Part shown: piece after piece, positions 27,256-40,143 of the stretch
Numbering within the stretch: position 1 is the stretch's first letter
How the letters are laid out: each line of letters starts with the position of its first letter
Assembly (NCBI RefSeq): GCF_018977255.1
Contig: NW_024704747.1
Location: 23,126,001-23,190,000, forward strand
DNA length: 64,000 nucleotides
Direction: 5' to 3'
Source: Callorhinchus milii
Lineage: Eukaryota
Position numbers and translations under genes: made by a program
Notes under the pieces: generated by a model
Seen by the model: only the letters and a program-made list of their open reading frames with translations
What the model was told of the DNA's origin: nothing
Databases searched by the model: none

Positions 27256-29535
27256 ACCGTTGATATTACTGTCCGGCAAACTTTCCCGCTACTTGTCCAC
27301 AGTTGCAGATAGTTCTGAGCTTTGCTGTTCAGTGCTTAATGTGATCCATTAGACTAAATGTTCAGCTTCTCCAGAGTAAATTACATTGTTGAATTGCCAA
27401 ACAGGCACACAGTGTGTGCCTTAAGTTTGCCCTAAGAGAAATATTATCTCCAACTTTCACTTCCAGGGGAAAATTAAGCACATCCTCTACTTGACCAGGA
27501 CACAGTTCCTCCGAAGAACATAATAAACTTAATTCCAGGGAAAATAAACTTGAGGCAATAAGCCTTCTCCAGTGCAGAATAACATCCTGTCTTCAAATTC
27601 TTAGAGATCCAAGCTATGGATCAACAGATGCCGGAAATCTCCTCTTCCTCTATCCACAAAACCTGATAGTAAACTGACATTCACATGCTCTAAAAAGCAT
27701 AAGATGTAGGCGTTCAAACACAGCCTGCACCAAGTTGTCCAGTTTTTTAAACTTCAATGCAATATTTTGAATAGCTCGCTGACCCATCCTGTGTCTAGAA
27801 ATGTAACTGATTTTTCACAAATTATAACAGCAACGTTGCAAGTCAAACATCAAGCAACTTTACGTAAATGAAAAGGGGAGAAACTTCACCTAGGGGTATA
27901 TTTAAATTATTTATGTAGCATTTCAGAGAATCCAGAATTTGGCAAATTATTGAATCTAGTCTTCATTGTGAAGCCATTTTTTTATTTTTACAAGAAATTT
28001 ACAGAAAACTGTTCCAAATGAAGGCAGTATTTCAGAATTTGCCAGTATCTGGATGATCTAAAATGGTAGGTGCTTAGCGTAAATCCAGTTCCACAACAAT
28101 TTGCATGTATACTAAAAAAAAACGAATATCCTTGTATTCACATGGATTGCTGCTTTTATCTCACATTTCATTGCTCATTCCACTTTCTCATAGGTTAAAT
28201 ATTAACCCTCCAGATGATTGCTCCCTCACTGATACAGAAACCACATTAAACGCATCTACAACCTGTTTCTCAACGTAAAACTTGTTGGCTCCAAGCACAG
28301 CCCTTTACACAGATCTTTCGGTGCAAAAGGATTGTAATGAGATGCTGGGCTTAACAACTTGGCATGGAACCAAACCTTTATCAAACCCTTACCTCAAAAA
28401 AACATGGGGCTGGGAGAGAGAGAAAGACAGACAGGCAGTGCACGTCTCAATTACAACTCATCTTTGTGATCAATATGATCCTATTTTCTAAGTAAATTTA
28501 GATGAAGGCCAGAGCAGAGTTTTGTTGAAAAGAAAAGGAAGCACAAGACAGATAATTCAGGTCTTGGAACTTACTGTGCTATCATTCACACTAAACATCC
28601 TCAGGCCGATTTCATTAGCTTGGTATGTGTACCTTAAGATATAACGCACACGTATATTCCTGCTTGGTATCTTGCAAGCAGTACATTGATCATTGGTTCT
28701 GAGCACGTAGCTCTGAATGCTGACTGATTATGTGCCAAACACTAATCTACAATGAATTATCCCAATTCAGGCCATTTCAAACACCTGAACAATAATTTTT
28801 ATCACCAAGTCAATAAATCATCAACCTTTGTTCTTCTCACAGCTTGGAATAATTAAGTAATTTAATCACAATTGATAAATTAGACCAATTTGGACACCAC
28901 ATGTGACAAAGATATTTGTAGATGGTGGGGGAACACTTCAAGTCTCATGTGTTGCAGAGCAGCATCCATCAATATTGCTACCAATTCACAGTCTGAATCT
29001 TGCTCACTGTGATAATAAAGATAGTCTGCCATTCAATTATTTAGCTTTCCAACTAAACTTGGCTAGTTATAGAATGTATTTTTCTTCCATAATTTTCTTC
29101 CATTTTTCTCTCGTCCACTGAGGTTGTGTCTTAAACTGATCTTAACAGTTCCATTGTTCATCAGTCCTCTTGGGACTCGACCTTTCATGGCGTGAGGCTA
29201 GACAAGCTCATTCACTCCCTCTCTGTGAAATTCCTGATAAATACATGATTGTGCATGCAGTTAGTAACATGCACCATTCTGCATTTGATCAGAAATTATA
29301 TAATGGGAATAAAGAACAGGAAGTAATTTGATATGCTAAAGCTTTCCACTTGGATTTAGGTTAGGTATGCATTTATTTGAAGTCAAAAAAGGTAATTACT
29401 GGTTGTTGGACTCAATAGGTGGTCTATTGCTAGAGCTGACATGTTCAAGGTTTGTTTTTACACAATCAATTGATGTTTCCCTGCCTCTTCCTCATCTCCT
29501 TAACATATTTATGTATTTTACACGCTTTTATAAGG

Positions 29536-29947
29536 GCTGCAGAAGAATTAGGGGAGATCTTATTGAAACATATAAGATTCTTAAAGGAATGGATAAAGTA
29601 GACACTGAGGGGCTGTTTCCCCTGGTAGGAGAATCTATAACCAGGGGTCACAGTCTTAAAATTAAGGGTCAGCCTTTTAGAACAGAGTTGAGGAAACATT
29701 TCTTCACTCAGAGGGCAGTGAATTAATGGAATTCACTACCCCAGAAGGCAATAGATGCTCAGTCCTTGAACATCTTCAAGGCTGAGACTGATAGATTTTT
29801 TAATAAAATAGAGGGATTAGGGAATATGGGGATAGGGGAGGTAATTAGAGTTAGGTCTGAAGATCAGCCATGATCTTATCGAATGGTGGGGCAGGCTCGA
29901 GGGGCCGAATGGCCTACTCGTGCTCCTAATTCTTATGTTCTTATGTT
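29536..29947 (+). mobile_element. CR1-type LINE 3' end
   Basis: RRIRGDLIETYKILKGMDKVD...TRGHSLKIKG...RKHFFTQR CR1 ORF2 C-terminus; 3' tail gaatggcctactc...(ttcttatg)n. Confidence 0.85.
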
Positions 29948-31141
29948 TTTATGCATGCCCTCAGGTATCACATCCACTTGACTTTTATTCATACTTGAGC
30001 GATAAGAATGAGGGTCAGCAGATTTACTCGCTCGTAAAGCAGATCCCATTATCAGCCAACATCTACACTGATAGAAAATCATGGCTGTTTTTATTGTGCA
30101 TTTATTTTCGATGTATTCTCCAGATGATTAACTAGGCTTATCAAAAATCTTTTTTGGCCTCCACACAACCTCACCTCTCTTATTTCAGCATTATTGTTGG
30201 CATGTTTGGCTCCAAAGACTTGCCTTGATAAGCATTGCAGTTTGTTTGTCCGATTATCTCAGTGTTGAATTATGTAATTTGATGTTGTTTTGCTTTTGTG
30301 GATTTTAAAATTTTCTCTCTTTGCAGCACAAGCTTCACTGGCCTCACAATCCTGTTGTTTGTTGGATGGCACCAATCTTTCAGTATACCATTTCCTAATT
30401 AAATGTCAAGCCTCAAGCCCAGGCTAGCACAACCATATGATTGTTTGTTCCTTTTCATCCCAGTTTTAAAATGAGGAACAGCAGAAAATATAAATCAAGC
30501 TTCTCAGTCCACATTGCTATATTTGTTGGGCATAAAGCACCATCACTCCCAGTATACCAGGGTGCTGGCTATATGCACCCCAATTATCCACACCAGGCTC
30601 CAATGCAAACAGTGTGAGATATTGGCAATTGTAGTTGGACTCATGAGCAAGCGATTTAGTCGCTCTGATGAGGACACTAGCCAATTTATCTTTTGTACAG
30701 TTATCCACACTGGTTTTTTATCTGCAAAGTAGCTAGTCCCATTCAGTATTTTAAACACTAAAAACATTCGGGGTTTGTGGAACTCCCAAATCTCATCATA
30801 TTCTGACATTACCTATAGCTCTTCCCCCCCCACCCACCCACCCCACCCCCGCCCGATCACATTTATTTACTACCTTTGATACCAATAATTCTCCCTCACC
30901 CCCTATGGTGAGGTTCTCCTACCGGAGAATGGTCATCACATAACTGAAGTGCTAATGTACAATGGTGAAGCCAAAGTAATACAATTTACATTTATTAGAT
31001 TTACTACAGCGCCTTTCACATTGAGAGGACATCCCAAAGCGCTTGACACTGCTGGCTGGACACACAAACTGGGAGTGGGAGCTGAAGGGAGCCTGGTGAG
31101 GGAAAAGATGACAGATGCAAAATAAGATTTTTCAATAAAAT

Positions 31142-31147
31142 TTTATT
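31142..31147 (-). terminator. Candidate distal poly(A) signal of gene A
   Basis: AATAAA on the minus strand about 925 nt after the stop. Confidence 0.45.
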
Positions 31148-31417
31148 TGTTCCTTTTATGACAACCAAACGTGTACAATAGCATGATAGAATAAAAAAGT
31201 TTGGCCTTTCCTCTATAGATTGAGGTTAGTATCAGTAAAAAAATAAGTTGAAACCTTTCCTTTATCCACTTGATTATTATTGACAATAATATAGAAAATG
31301 GTTGATGTGTGGAAAGCTGGTAAAATGGTGACAATACTGATCAGTAAGTGAATATACTTAAACAAGGAATTGATCAAAAAGTTTTTTTGACCAACTTTAG
31401 AATATCTGTTCCTTTAA

Positions 31418-31425
31418 TAGCACCA
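31418..31425 (-). promoter_or_regulatory. miR-29 8mer site in putative 3'UTR
   Basis: TGGTGCTA on the minus strand; miR-29 is an established collagen regulator. Confidence 0.6.
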
Positions 31426-31723
31426 ATTCAATAAAAATAAAAAACAGAAGGGAACACCAGTGAGTAACAGTGAACTTCAGGATATTTTAACATTTGCTTC
31501 AGTTTAGTCACCTAGGAGCATCAGTGATAACTACCTACAAACTTACACCTGTGGTTGAATCATCCTTGTATGATCTGTATTCAAGCACTCGGAGACGCTG
31601 CCCTGTGTGGAGGGAGCTATATAAGTGCAAGTTGTTGTTGTAACCCTGTGCATACTCAGCTTCCCAGTGTAGTGCATGGATCCTCCTGGGAGCATTAAAA
31701 CCTATTGCAGTTTCTGTCCATTA

Positions 31724-31731
31724 TGAGGTAG
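31724..31731 (-). promoter_or_regulatory. let-7 8mer site in putative 3'UTR
   Basis: CTACCTCA on the minus strand. Confidence 0.55.
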
Positions 31732-31901
31732 TTGAAACTGGGGAAGCTCCATCAGGTTATGACTTTCATCAAGTTGTGCTGGGTAAAGGAATCTTTGCTG
31801 ATTTAACCCAGCGCTAAGCACCGTGTGCAAATGCTCACTTGTATCCTTATGTTTGGCAGAATTCTCTTGCTGCAGCTCTTCCATTTTGATATTTCTCACA
31901 A

Positions 31902-31907
31902 TTTATT
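31902..31907 (-). terminator. Candidate proximal poly(A) signal of gene A
   Basis: AATAAA on the minus strand about 165 nt after the stop. Confidence 0.45.
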
Positions 31908-32069
31908 GTCTTAATTAAAAACTATAAATAATGATTGCAGGTTAATTCAGTCTTGATGGGGGTATCAAAACATATGCATGTAGATAGATGCAGTAAAGAG
32001 ATGGATGAGTTCAGTGTCCGTTTTTTTTTAGTAGAACGGGAAACAATTGCATTGAAATAATCCTAAATA

Positions 32070-32216
32070 TTACAAGAAGCAGACAGGGCCAATGTCAATG
32101 CCAAATTCCTGGTCCTCAGCACCGATATCCATGGGAGCAATGTCCACAAGAGGCAAATGAATAGTCTTCCGTGTTCTAAACTCAATGACTGTCTTGCCCC
32201 ACTCTCCACTGTGCTT
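32070..32216 (-). CDS. COL3A1: Gene A last exon (e51), COLFI C-terminus plus stop
   Basis: 147 nt; [48 protein letters not shown]. Confidence 0.95.
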   Translation of the reverse strand, partial: KHSGEWGKTVIEFRTRKTIHLPLVDIAPMDIGAEDQEFGIDIGPVCFL

Positions 32217-32570
32217 CTGCGAGGAGACAAGACAAAAAGTTATTTTGTTAGTTAAGTTCTTGAACTCATCATGTTAGCTGGTTGGATAGTGTTGATCATG
32301 TGGCAATTTATAATATAGTGCAAAACTAAAATAACTTCAATCTTATTCTTTTATACAAGAAATAATATTCTACTTCAAATTGACATTTTGTCATTCCCTC
32401 CACAGCTGGTTGAGAGAGATTGCGTAGGCAAATAGGCTACAAAATACACAATCACTGCACTTTAGAGTATATCCTGCGAAGCACTTTTAAACACTGACGA
32501 CTATATCAAAAGCAAGGATTATTATTATATATTATTTTTTCCATCAATGGATCAGATTTGTGCAACTTAC

Positions 32571-32813
32571 ACTGCATCCATCTTCAAGGATCCCATACTT
32601 CAATTTGCTGTTTCCTTCAGCCTTGAGTTCAGAATCAGACCAGCTCATCAGCCTTAAAGCCTTCTTGACATTTCCAGCTTCAGCATCCAGGTATGCAATG
32701 CTATTCTTACAGTGGTATGTTATATTCTGGGAACCTCGAACGGAAAGCAGACGAAGGAATCCCATTTGGATTTCAGCAACGTCTTCATCCACGCCCTGGT
32801 CACCATAGCTGAA
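32571..32813 (-). CDS. COL3A1: Gene A e50, C-propeptide
   Basis: 243 nt; [38 protein letters not shown]...EDGCS; NIT glycosylation site. Confidence 0.95.
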
Positions 32814-33486
32814 CTGTGAAGACAGAGAAATAGTCTCTGAATGTGTTCAATTGCAATGAAAAGAGGTTTATAGATGTCAAGTACATTGCTTAGTGTTTCT
32901 CCTAGAAGTGCAATATTCTACAAACAGACAATTCTGACCTGTGATGTGTGAATTAACACAACAACAACAAGGATTATTCCTCACTCCCTTCATTTCGCTC
33001 CCTCCCTTCCCATTTTTGGATCTCTGCTGAAGACCATTTTTTTTCGACCGTGCCTTTGGTCACCTTCCCCCCCCTCCCCTTGGCTCGGTCCCGGGATCCA
33101 TTACTGTAAAGCGCTCTGAGACGCCGTCCAGCGTGGAGGGCGTATATAAATCCAAGTTGTTGTTGTGGAATTAACACAAGTGCAAAATAGGAGCAGTCAT
33201 GTTCTCTGCAACTGCTTGAAGAGATGGATATTACATACATACAATAATATACAAAATTACATCTGTGTAGCGCCTTTCACGACGGGAGGACATACCAAGG
33301 CGCTTGGTAAACCATCTTCAATGGTTGACTTAGAAATGTGAATTTCAACTTTTATGAAATCTGCTTTAGGAATTCAAATATTAGTGAATCAATCTCTTCT
33401 CAAATTAAAATAGATCCTGCTTTAAAGCCAGACAATTAAACCAATTCTGTTGTATTTTATTATGAAAGTGATCTAATGACACTCAC

Positions 33487-33677
33487 ATGAAAGCCGCCAT
33501 CCATAGACTCTCCAAACCACACATGCTTCATCTCATGGCTGCCTCTGTTTGACCACCAGCTCTTACGTGGGATGTTCGCAGGGTTAGGGTGCATGCAGGT
33601 CTCCCCAGTCTCCATGTTGCAGTGCACCTTGATGGCGTCCAATTTACAGCCTTGGTTGGGATCAATCCAGTACTCTC
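33487..33677 (-). CDS. COL3A1: Gene A e49, C-propeptide
   Basis: 191 nt; (G)[27 protein letters not shown]...[13 protein letters not shown]. Confidence 0.95.
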
Positions 33678-34353
33678 CTGTGAAGACAAAGTGACATTTT
33701 ACATCAAATTACAAACCAAAGTTTCAAATACCCCTGTAAATCTAAGGTCCAATCTGCGGATCAATAATAACAATACGTTCACATTTCAGTGTAAACAACT
33801 TAAGGAATAATTTACTCAACAAAGTAACTTACTTTGACAGTTTTTCTAACTACCTCACAGTGATCTCACTTTGAGCAACCTTTTGTTCAATATAACTGAT
33901 TAAAAAATAAACACTTATAAATTATGATAACTTGAAATGAAATTAAGGTAAAGCAGATCAGATGGGATGAAGAGCCTTCTTCAACCGACCTAATCTAGTG
34001 AACTTTGCACTACAATAACCATTGTATAGATACCCTTGTGGAGTTCCTTCCAAAACAGTTCAGGACATGTAGGAGTTTGACTTGGCAATTGGAAGTTCAA
34101 TGCAAAGAAAAGATGCAGGATTTTTGGGTTTGGAGTTGTGAGATATTTACTCTCATAGCCCCCAGAATTCACACTGGCCGAAAGAATGTAATGCAACTTA
34201 CTAAGCACGATCAAGCATTTTAAAAATACTCATGATAAAATGTACATGGATTTAACCTGTGTTGAAAGCTGTGGTGAACGCAAACCAGAGTACTGAACCC
34301 AAAGCGAAGAAAATGGCAATCTTGTCCTCAAACATAAAACACAGCTTCCTTAC

Positions 34354-34642
34354 CACTGTTAAATTCCGGGTGGCAGGATTTTAGGTCACGGCAACTTCGG
34401 GCTGGATTCTTCTGTGATCCGTCAGGGCTCACCATGGCATCTATCCGTCCGTTTAGTGATTTCAGGGTCGCTATTACCTCTGCATCCTGTTGCTTCTTGG
34501 CATCTCCGGGCTGGTCGTTGTAATACCCATATGGCACACCCTTCTCGCCAGAAGGCACTCCACTTATTGCCGCTCCACAGCAGGGCCCAGGAGGACCAGG
34601 TGACCCAGGGAAACCAGGGATACCTTTTTCACCATGAGGCCC
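34354..34642 (-). CDS. COL3A1: Gene A e48: helix end, cystine knot, C-telopeptide, C-propeptide start
   Basis: 289 nt; GPHGEKGIPGFPGSPGPPGPCCGAAISGVPSGEKGVPYGYYNDQP...KNPARSCRDLKSCHPEFNS. Confidence 0.95.
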
Positions 34643-34738
34643 CTGTTAAATTCAAACAATGTTCCCGTATAAAATGTATAATTTCTTGTTCGTTTCAACT
34701 CAACACAGGAGCAGGATTTGGGTGAATTGTTTACTTAC

Positions 34739-34846
34739 AGGAGTGCCAGATTCACCTCGTGTACCCCTGGGACCGGGAGGACCCATGGCGCCAGGATACC
34801 CGCTGATGCCATCTTTACCAGGAGGACCAGTTTTACCTGAAGGACC
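34739..34846 (-). CDS. COL3A1: Gene A e47 helix
   Basis: 108 nt; [36 protein letters not shown]. Confidence 0.92.
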
Positions 34847-35967
34847 CTGAGAAGAAAATATAATGGATTAAATTATATATTTGATCCACACTGTGATTTA
34901 AAAGATGAAAGAATAAGAAAAAAAGATATGTAGCGAAACATACATTTACATCCTCTGTCTACCAATATCCTTCATTCGATTGTTTCGAAATGTTTTTTTC
35001 AATGTTGGATTTAGCTTGTGTCCAATTTTGAGAATGTCAGTGTTTGGATTGATCAAGTTAATGTATGTGGTTTTCAGTTATGGTTTCATGCGAGACAACA
35101 GGATTTCCGATATAGATTCCATTATCTATCATATAGAGTTACATAAAGTAATATGTGGCAATAGAAACAGGCTCAACCAGTCCTCAATGTTGTTTTTACT
35201 GAGGAATTACTGTTTGTTTGAGAACACCCTGTCTGTCAAGAGTCTCACCGCGTATTTAACAAATAGCCAATTGAACAAAGAAAATTCTCAATGAAGGCAA
35301 GCTTGGGATGAATCATGTTCCGATTGTGCAGACAGTTTTACTTGAATTGATTCAAATCTATCAAACTCGGGAGGCAAATACAAACTGATAACCTTTGTAT
35401 TGAATTCAATAGCAGAAGAGGAGTATGGTATATGACAGAGAGTTTTATTCATGCAGCTCTGTCTGCATTCTGCTTACTTTTTTCTTCCTCCGCCTCTTTA
35501 GAAATCCAAATCCATTTGAACTCAGCACATTGAGATGAGTGCTTCAACTAAGTCCTCATAAGTCATTTTGTCACAAAATAATATTGCGGAATTTCATTAA
35601 TAAGGTTTCTGCATACATTTCTGGTGTATGTTTTGAACCAAAGTCTGCTGATTCCAATTTCCCTCAAATTCATGTGAGACTAGAATCAAGAACAAGAACT
35701 GTTAGTTGAGTATCATTGAATTAAATCGGAGAATTAAGAGGGAGTATATTTAGATGTAAATTGTCAGGGATTTTTGGAGTTCAGGATTGATTCTTAATTT
35801 TATGCATGCAAATGAAAACATTGCTTGCATTGTATTCAAATAATTTGAATGAAATTATTGAAAGTTATAAAAAGTTGTCCTTAGTAAGTGGCTTCTGCTT
35901 AATAACATTGAAAATAATCACTTGAAAAGTTGATAGGCAGTCTTGCAAATGTGATCATTAGACTCAC

Positions 35968-36021
35968 TCTGGCACCTTGAGATCCAGGATTTCCAGGTTG
36001 ACCTAATTCACCAAAGGAACC
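35968..36021 (-). CDS. COL3A1: Gene A e46 helix
   Basis: 54 nt; GSFGELGQPGNPGSQGAR. Confidence 0.92.
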
Positions 36022-36507
36022 CTGGAGAGAAAAGAAAGATTCTCATGAAACAATACTACAGATGACACGTATTGATAAAGGAAACTAAGTCTTTGTTTTA
36101 AGGAAGTAGACTTGAAAAACAAACGTAGGCTGGTCAAAATAGGTTACTCTTAGATCAGATCACTACCCCACTGCACCCTTAACATTTTTATTCTCCAACT
36201 TTGCAGACTCCAATCTTGATTTTCACTCTCCAGACATGCTATCCTTCAGAATGTTCCACACGGCTGTCTCTCTTTCAGGAGAACAAACCGAATAACTGAG
36301 CATCGACTGGATCTGAGCTTCTGAAGTTACCCGCATGGAACGTTTTACGGCCTTTTGGTAAATAAAATCAATTCGTTTTCGCCTGAGGCATTCGTGTGCA
36401 TAAGCACAGTTTCAGTTTAGGAGCATTTTGTTATATTATTCTCAGAGTATCTCTTTTCTTTATCCTGTTTTTCTCCTGATTTCTATTTCAAGGTAAAAAG
36501 TACTCAC

Positions 36508-36615
36508 AGGTGGCCCTGGTAGACCTGGTCCACCAGGAATTCCACGGTGACCTTTGATGCCCATTCCCCCAGGCTGCCCTCTTTCACCCTTTGGTCCTGG
36601 ATGACCTTGAGATCC
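36508..36615 (-). CDS. COL3A1: Gene A e45 helix (second KGHR cross-link site)
   Basis: 108 nt; [36 protein letters not shown]. Confidence 0.92.
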
Positions 36616-36714
36616 CTAAAAGTGAATCAAACGTTATGTCACAGTAGTTGCAAAAGCATCATATGTTTAATGTTTAATCAGAATTTGATGTTCCAAAGTA
36701 AACCATCAACTCAC

Positions 36715-36768
36715 TGGATGTCCTGAAGGCCCAGGTGAACCCGGACGACCATCCGAGCCTGAATTACC
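36715..36768 (-). CDS. COL3A1: Gene A e44 helix
   Basis: 54 nt; GNSGSDGRPGSPGPSGHP. Confidence 0.92.
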
Positions 36769-37089
36769 CTGGGAAGAAAAAAGAAGTTAAGAACATATAA
36801 ATCTTTAAAGTATATTCCTAAAACAACAATTTTCCGTAAATTTAACCAGTACAGAGCAATTTTATCGATTTTACGTCCGTCATATCAATGTTTGCACTTT
36901 CTTAAGGACTGGAGGCACACTCTGATTATGCAATGCGCTCCATCTAAATTGAACCATTGAACTCCATTCACAGAGGATGGCTTTCAAAGCAATTCCAGAT
37001 CAAAGTGCAAAATGATCACAAAGATAAGACCTTACTCAGCTATAAGATTTATTACAACAGTACACATCATGGAGTGGGTCGGGGGGGTA

Positions 37090-37465
37090 AAATTCCACCT
37101 GGATCTAGATTTTTTCATGCAGAATTTGTAAAATTGTTGAATTCAATCTGAATTTTGTATACTTTTTACGAAGGGTTTCAAAATCAGGGTGGTATCTACA
37201 AATCTGCCAAATAGTGAATGCTTGAAATGCTTAGAAAACAATAATAATAATCCTTGCATTATCATCAAGGATTATCATTATTATCAATGCCCTATCATGT
37301 CAGTGAGATGTCTCAAAGCGCTTCACAGAATATATTATAAAGTGGATTGATTGTGTATTTTGTGCGCGAAACAAATATAATAAATCTTTCTGTTTACATT
37401 TGTGATTAATCCGTTAAGTAAATTAAAAATAGCAATCGATTAAAAGCTAGACTCAGGTGGAATTT
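37090..37465. mobile_element. Foldback/MITE-like element with nested SINE 3' fragment
   Basis: Inverted termini aaattccacctggatctagatttt and aaaagctagactcaggtggaattt; SINE tail at about 37238-37370. Confidence 0.55.
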
Positions 37466-37502
37466 GTGATCCCAAGAGTAACAATGCAGTTCGCAGACTT
37501 AC

Positions 37503-37610
37503 CGATTCCCCTTTGTTGCCTTGTTTGCCAGCTTGGCCAGTCTGACCTGGGGGACCAGGCATACCTGGAGCACCTTGGTGACCTGAAGTGCCAGGCTCAC
37601 CTCGATTACC
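37503..37610 (-). CDS. COL3A1: Gene A e43 helix
   Basis: 108 nt; [36 protein letters not shown]. Confidence 0.92.
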
Positions 37611-37679
37611 CTGCCCAATAAATAAAATCAAAAATGGATCAGAAAAGAAGCAATATAAATTATTGTACAATATAATGTG

Positions 37680-37995
37680 CAATTATATAGCGCCTTTCAT
37701 GTGAGGAGGGCATCTCAAAATGCTTGACAAAGCTGGCTAGGCACCCAAGCTGGAGGTGGGAACTAAAAGGGGGTGGGTCAGGGAAATCTGACTGAAAGCG
37801 TAGTCAAAGAAGTAGGTCTTGAGTCAAGCCTTGAATGAGATGATGGAGGGAGGGAGGCAGAGGGATGCCAGGATGGAGTTCCAGAGAGTCGGGGCAGAAT
37901 GGCTGAAAATCCACCTGCCAATGGTGGGGCAGATAGGCCAGGATCATGAAGCAGGATAGTGATCACTGAGCAAAAGGAGCGGCCAGATCGGTAGG
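37680..37995 (-). mobile_element. L2-type LINE 3' fragment
   Basis: Homologous to 23060-23350 and 57300-57650. Confidence 0.7.
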
Positions 37996-38056
37996 ATTGA
38001 TGGTAAATTTAGATGCTAAATTTTTACATTTAATCAAAACACTATTTGGTTCTTAC

Positions 38057-38110
38057 CTTAGGGCCTGGACCTCCATCACGCCCAGGAACACCATCAGCAC
38101 CAGAGTTACC
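38057..38110 (-). CDS. COL3A1: Gene A e42 helix
   Basis: 54 nt; GNSGADGVPGRDGGPGPK. Confidence 0.92.
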
Positions 38111-38402
38111 CTAAAGAAACAGTAAAGAAAAATAAATAAATTAACCTTATATTTCATATAGCAATTTCATAGAGTCTTGTGTAAAGTCTAGTGACTGCGT
38201 ATTTATAGGTAAGGAACATACAGGAATATTTTGACTTAGCTGCAAAGTTGACTGGGTCAATGAACACTGAGATATATAGGACTACCAGTTCTGAATTGTC
38301 ATGCTGAAAGTACTGATATTGATCTGCAGAATATTGACGTGCATCAATGAGTTCTCTCATTCACAGTTTAAATGGGAGTCAAAGAAGATTCAATCCACTT
38401 AC

Positions 38403-38510
38403 ATCTCTTCCACTCCCACCAGGGGGACCGCTAATACCAGGGAGTCCGATTGGGCCAGTAGATCCTCGTTCACCAGGACTACCGGGACTACCTAGTTTGC
38501 CAGGTTCGCC
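38403..38510 (-). CDS. COL3A1: Gene A e41 helix
   Basis: 108 nt; [36 protein letters not shown]. Confidence 0.92.
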
Positions 38511-39533
38511 CTGAATAACACATCATTGCATGGACTTAAATAATAATAATCCTTGAATTTGATATAGTGCCATATCATATCTTTGAGACATCTTAAAGCG
38601 CTTCATAGAATACACTATAAAGTGAAATGACTGTATCGTGGGCGAAACGTGGCAGCCAATTGCGCTCAGCAAATAATTACTCTTCTGTTTCACTGTACGT
38701 TTTTCGTGCAAAGCAAAACAATTTTTTCTACTGGAACTCTTTGTGTTGAAAAAACATTGCAAACCCTCCAAGACAAGAAAAGTATTGAAACTGAATGAAC
38801 TATAGTAAACTCTTGATAACGCGTCACTCCAAAGGAAAAGGACTTAGTGATGAGTTATCTGAAGGAGCACATTAGGCGCATGTTTAAATACATAAATAAA
38901 TGCGGCATGATGACTTAAGTGGTAGTGACAAGTTAAGCTAGGGTTAAGTTATGAGGACTTTTGTAATCATGTTGTCTAAGGCCTAGAAATGTTGTAGAAT
39001 ATAAGTAAAAGCAGCGCACTGGAAAATGAGACATTAGGATTCTAAGGAACCGAATCATTTCAAAACCATTCACACGGGGGCCATTAGAAGTTAGATTGCC
39101 TCTTTCACCCATGAGAAAATATCAGGAAAACAGATATGAAAGAGACAGCAACTTCAATTATCAAAATACTGCAAACCACATTGCAGATAAGAGTTCAAGT
39201 AAGATCTATTATTAATAATTAGTATGTCTAGAAAAGGTAATAGGCTACAGAGAAGAAAACTATCTTATAAGCTGTTGAAGTTTGACTGAGACATAATTGG
39301 AAATTGAAGGTGTAATTCATCCTATTTGGGACTTGCTCTTGAATGTACAAGGTTCAGTTCAAACACACAAACACAGTTAACACATTGGTAATGAACAAAA
39401 TGGTGCATTTTTGGAGGTACTGACACATTGATGATACATAGACGATACTCTAAGACAGGTTCATGATAGAAATTTAGTGACATAATAAATATCATAATGA
39501 AAGACTTTTTGTTAAATAATTAAAACCATTTAC

Positions 39534-39641
39534 CTGTAAACCTTGCAGCCCTGGACTACCTTGGAGTCCCATTACACCTCTTGTTCCTGGCATACCTCTT
39601 GATCCAATCAGCCCCAATGGACCAACCATGCCAGAAGGACC
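39534..39641 (-). CDS. COL3A1: Gene A e40 helix (collagenase site region)
   Basis: 108 nt; GPSGMVGPLGLIGSRGMPGTRGVMGLQGSPGLQGLQ. Confidence 0.92.
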
Positions 39642-39981
39642 CTTTCAATACAATTTGGAAAATAAGTTACTTAAATATTAATACTGGCAAGTAAAATCTG
39701 TCCAGTGGTTCAAGGGAAGTATATGACTAAAACAAAGCATGTATGTGAGCTTTGACCACCAACACTGAATAATAATCATCAACATCATGTAATCATAATA
39801 CAGTTGATGTAGCACCTTTCACATCAGGTGGGTGTGTCAAAGTGTTTCACAGAACTTATTGTGAAGAGAAGTGGCTGTGTATTTTGTAGGTGAGCGCGTT
39901 AGGCGAGTTGTCTCACAAACAGCCATGTAGTGATTGTTTTTTTAAAAACACACATGCTTCACATAACTTTACTTTACTTAC

Positions 39982-40143
39982 CACAAGCCCATCTTTACCA
40001 GGGGCACCTCTTTCACCAGGATCACCAGGCACACCTTTGATACCCTGTGACCCAGGACTACCATCCTTGCCAGTTTTGCCACTTGAACCAGGAAGACCAA
40101 TTTTGCCAGATATGCCTGGAGGTCCAGGTGATCCTGTGGAACC
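39982..40143 (-). CDS. COL3A1: Gene A e39 helix
   Basis: 162 nt; [54 protein letters not shown]. Confidence 0.92.

Noticed and set aside
3000-30000. Many 60-120 aa ORFs in the intergenic region
   Set aside because: No recognisable domains or exon structure; most overlap SINE/LINE remnants or are chance ORFs.
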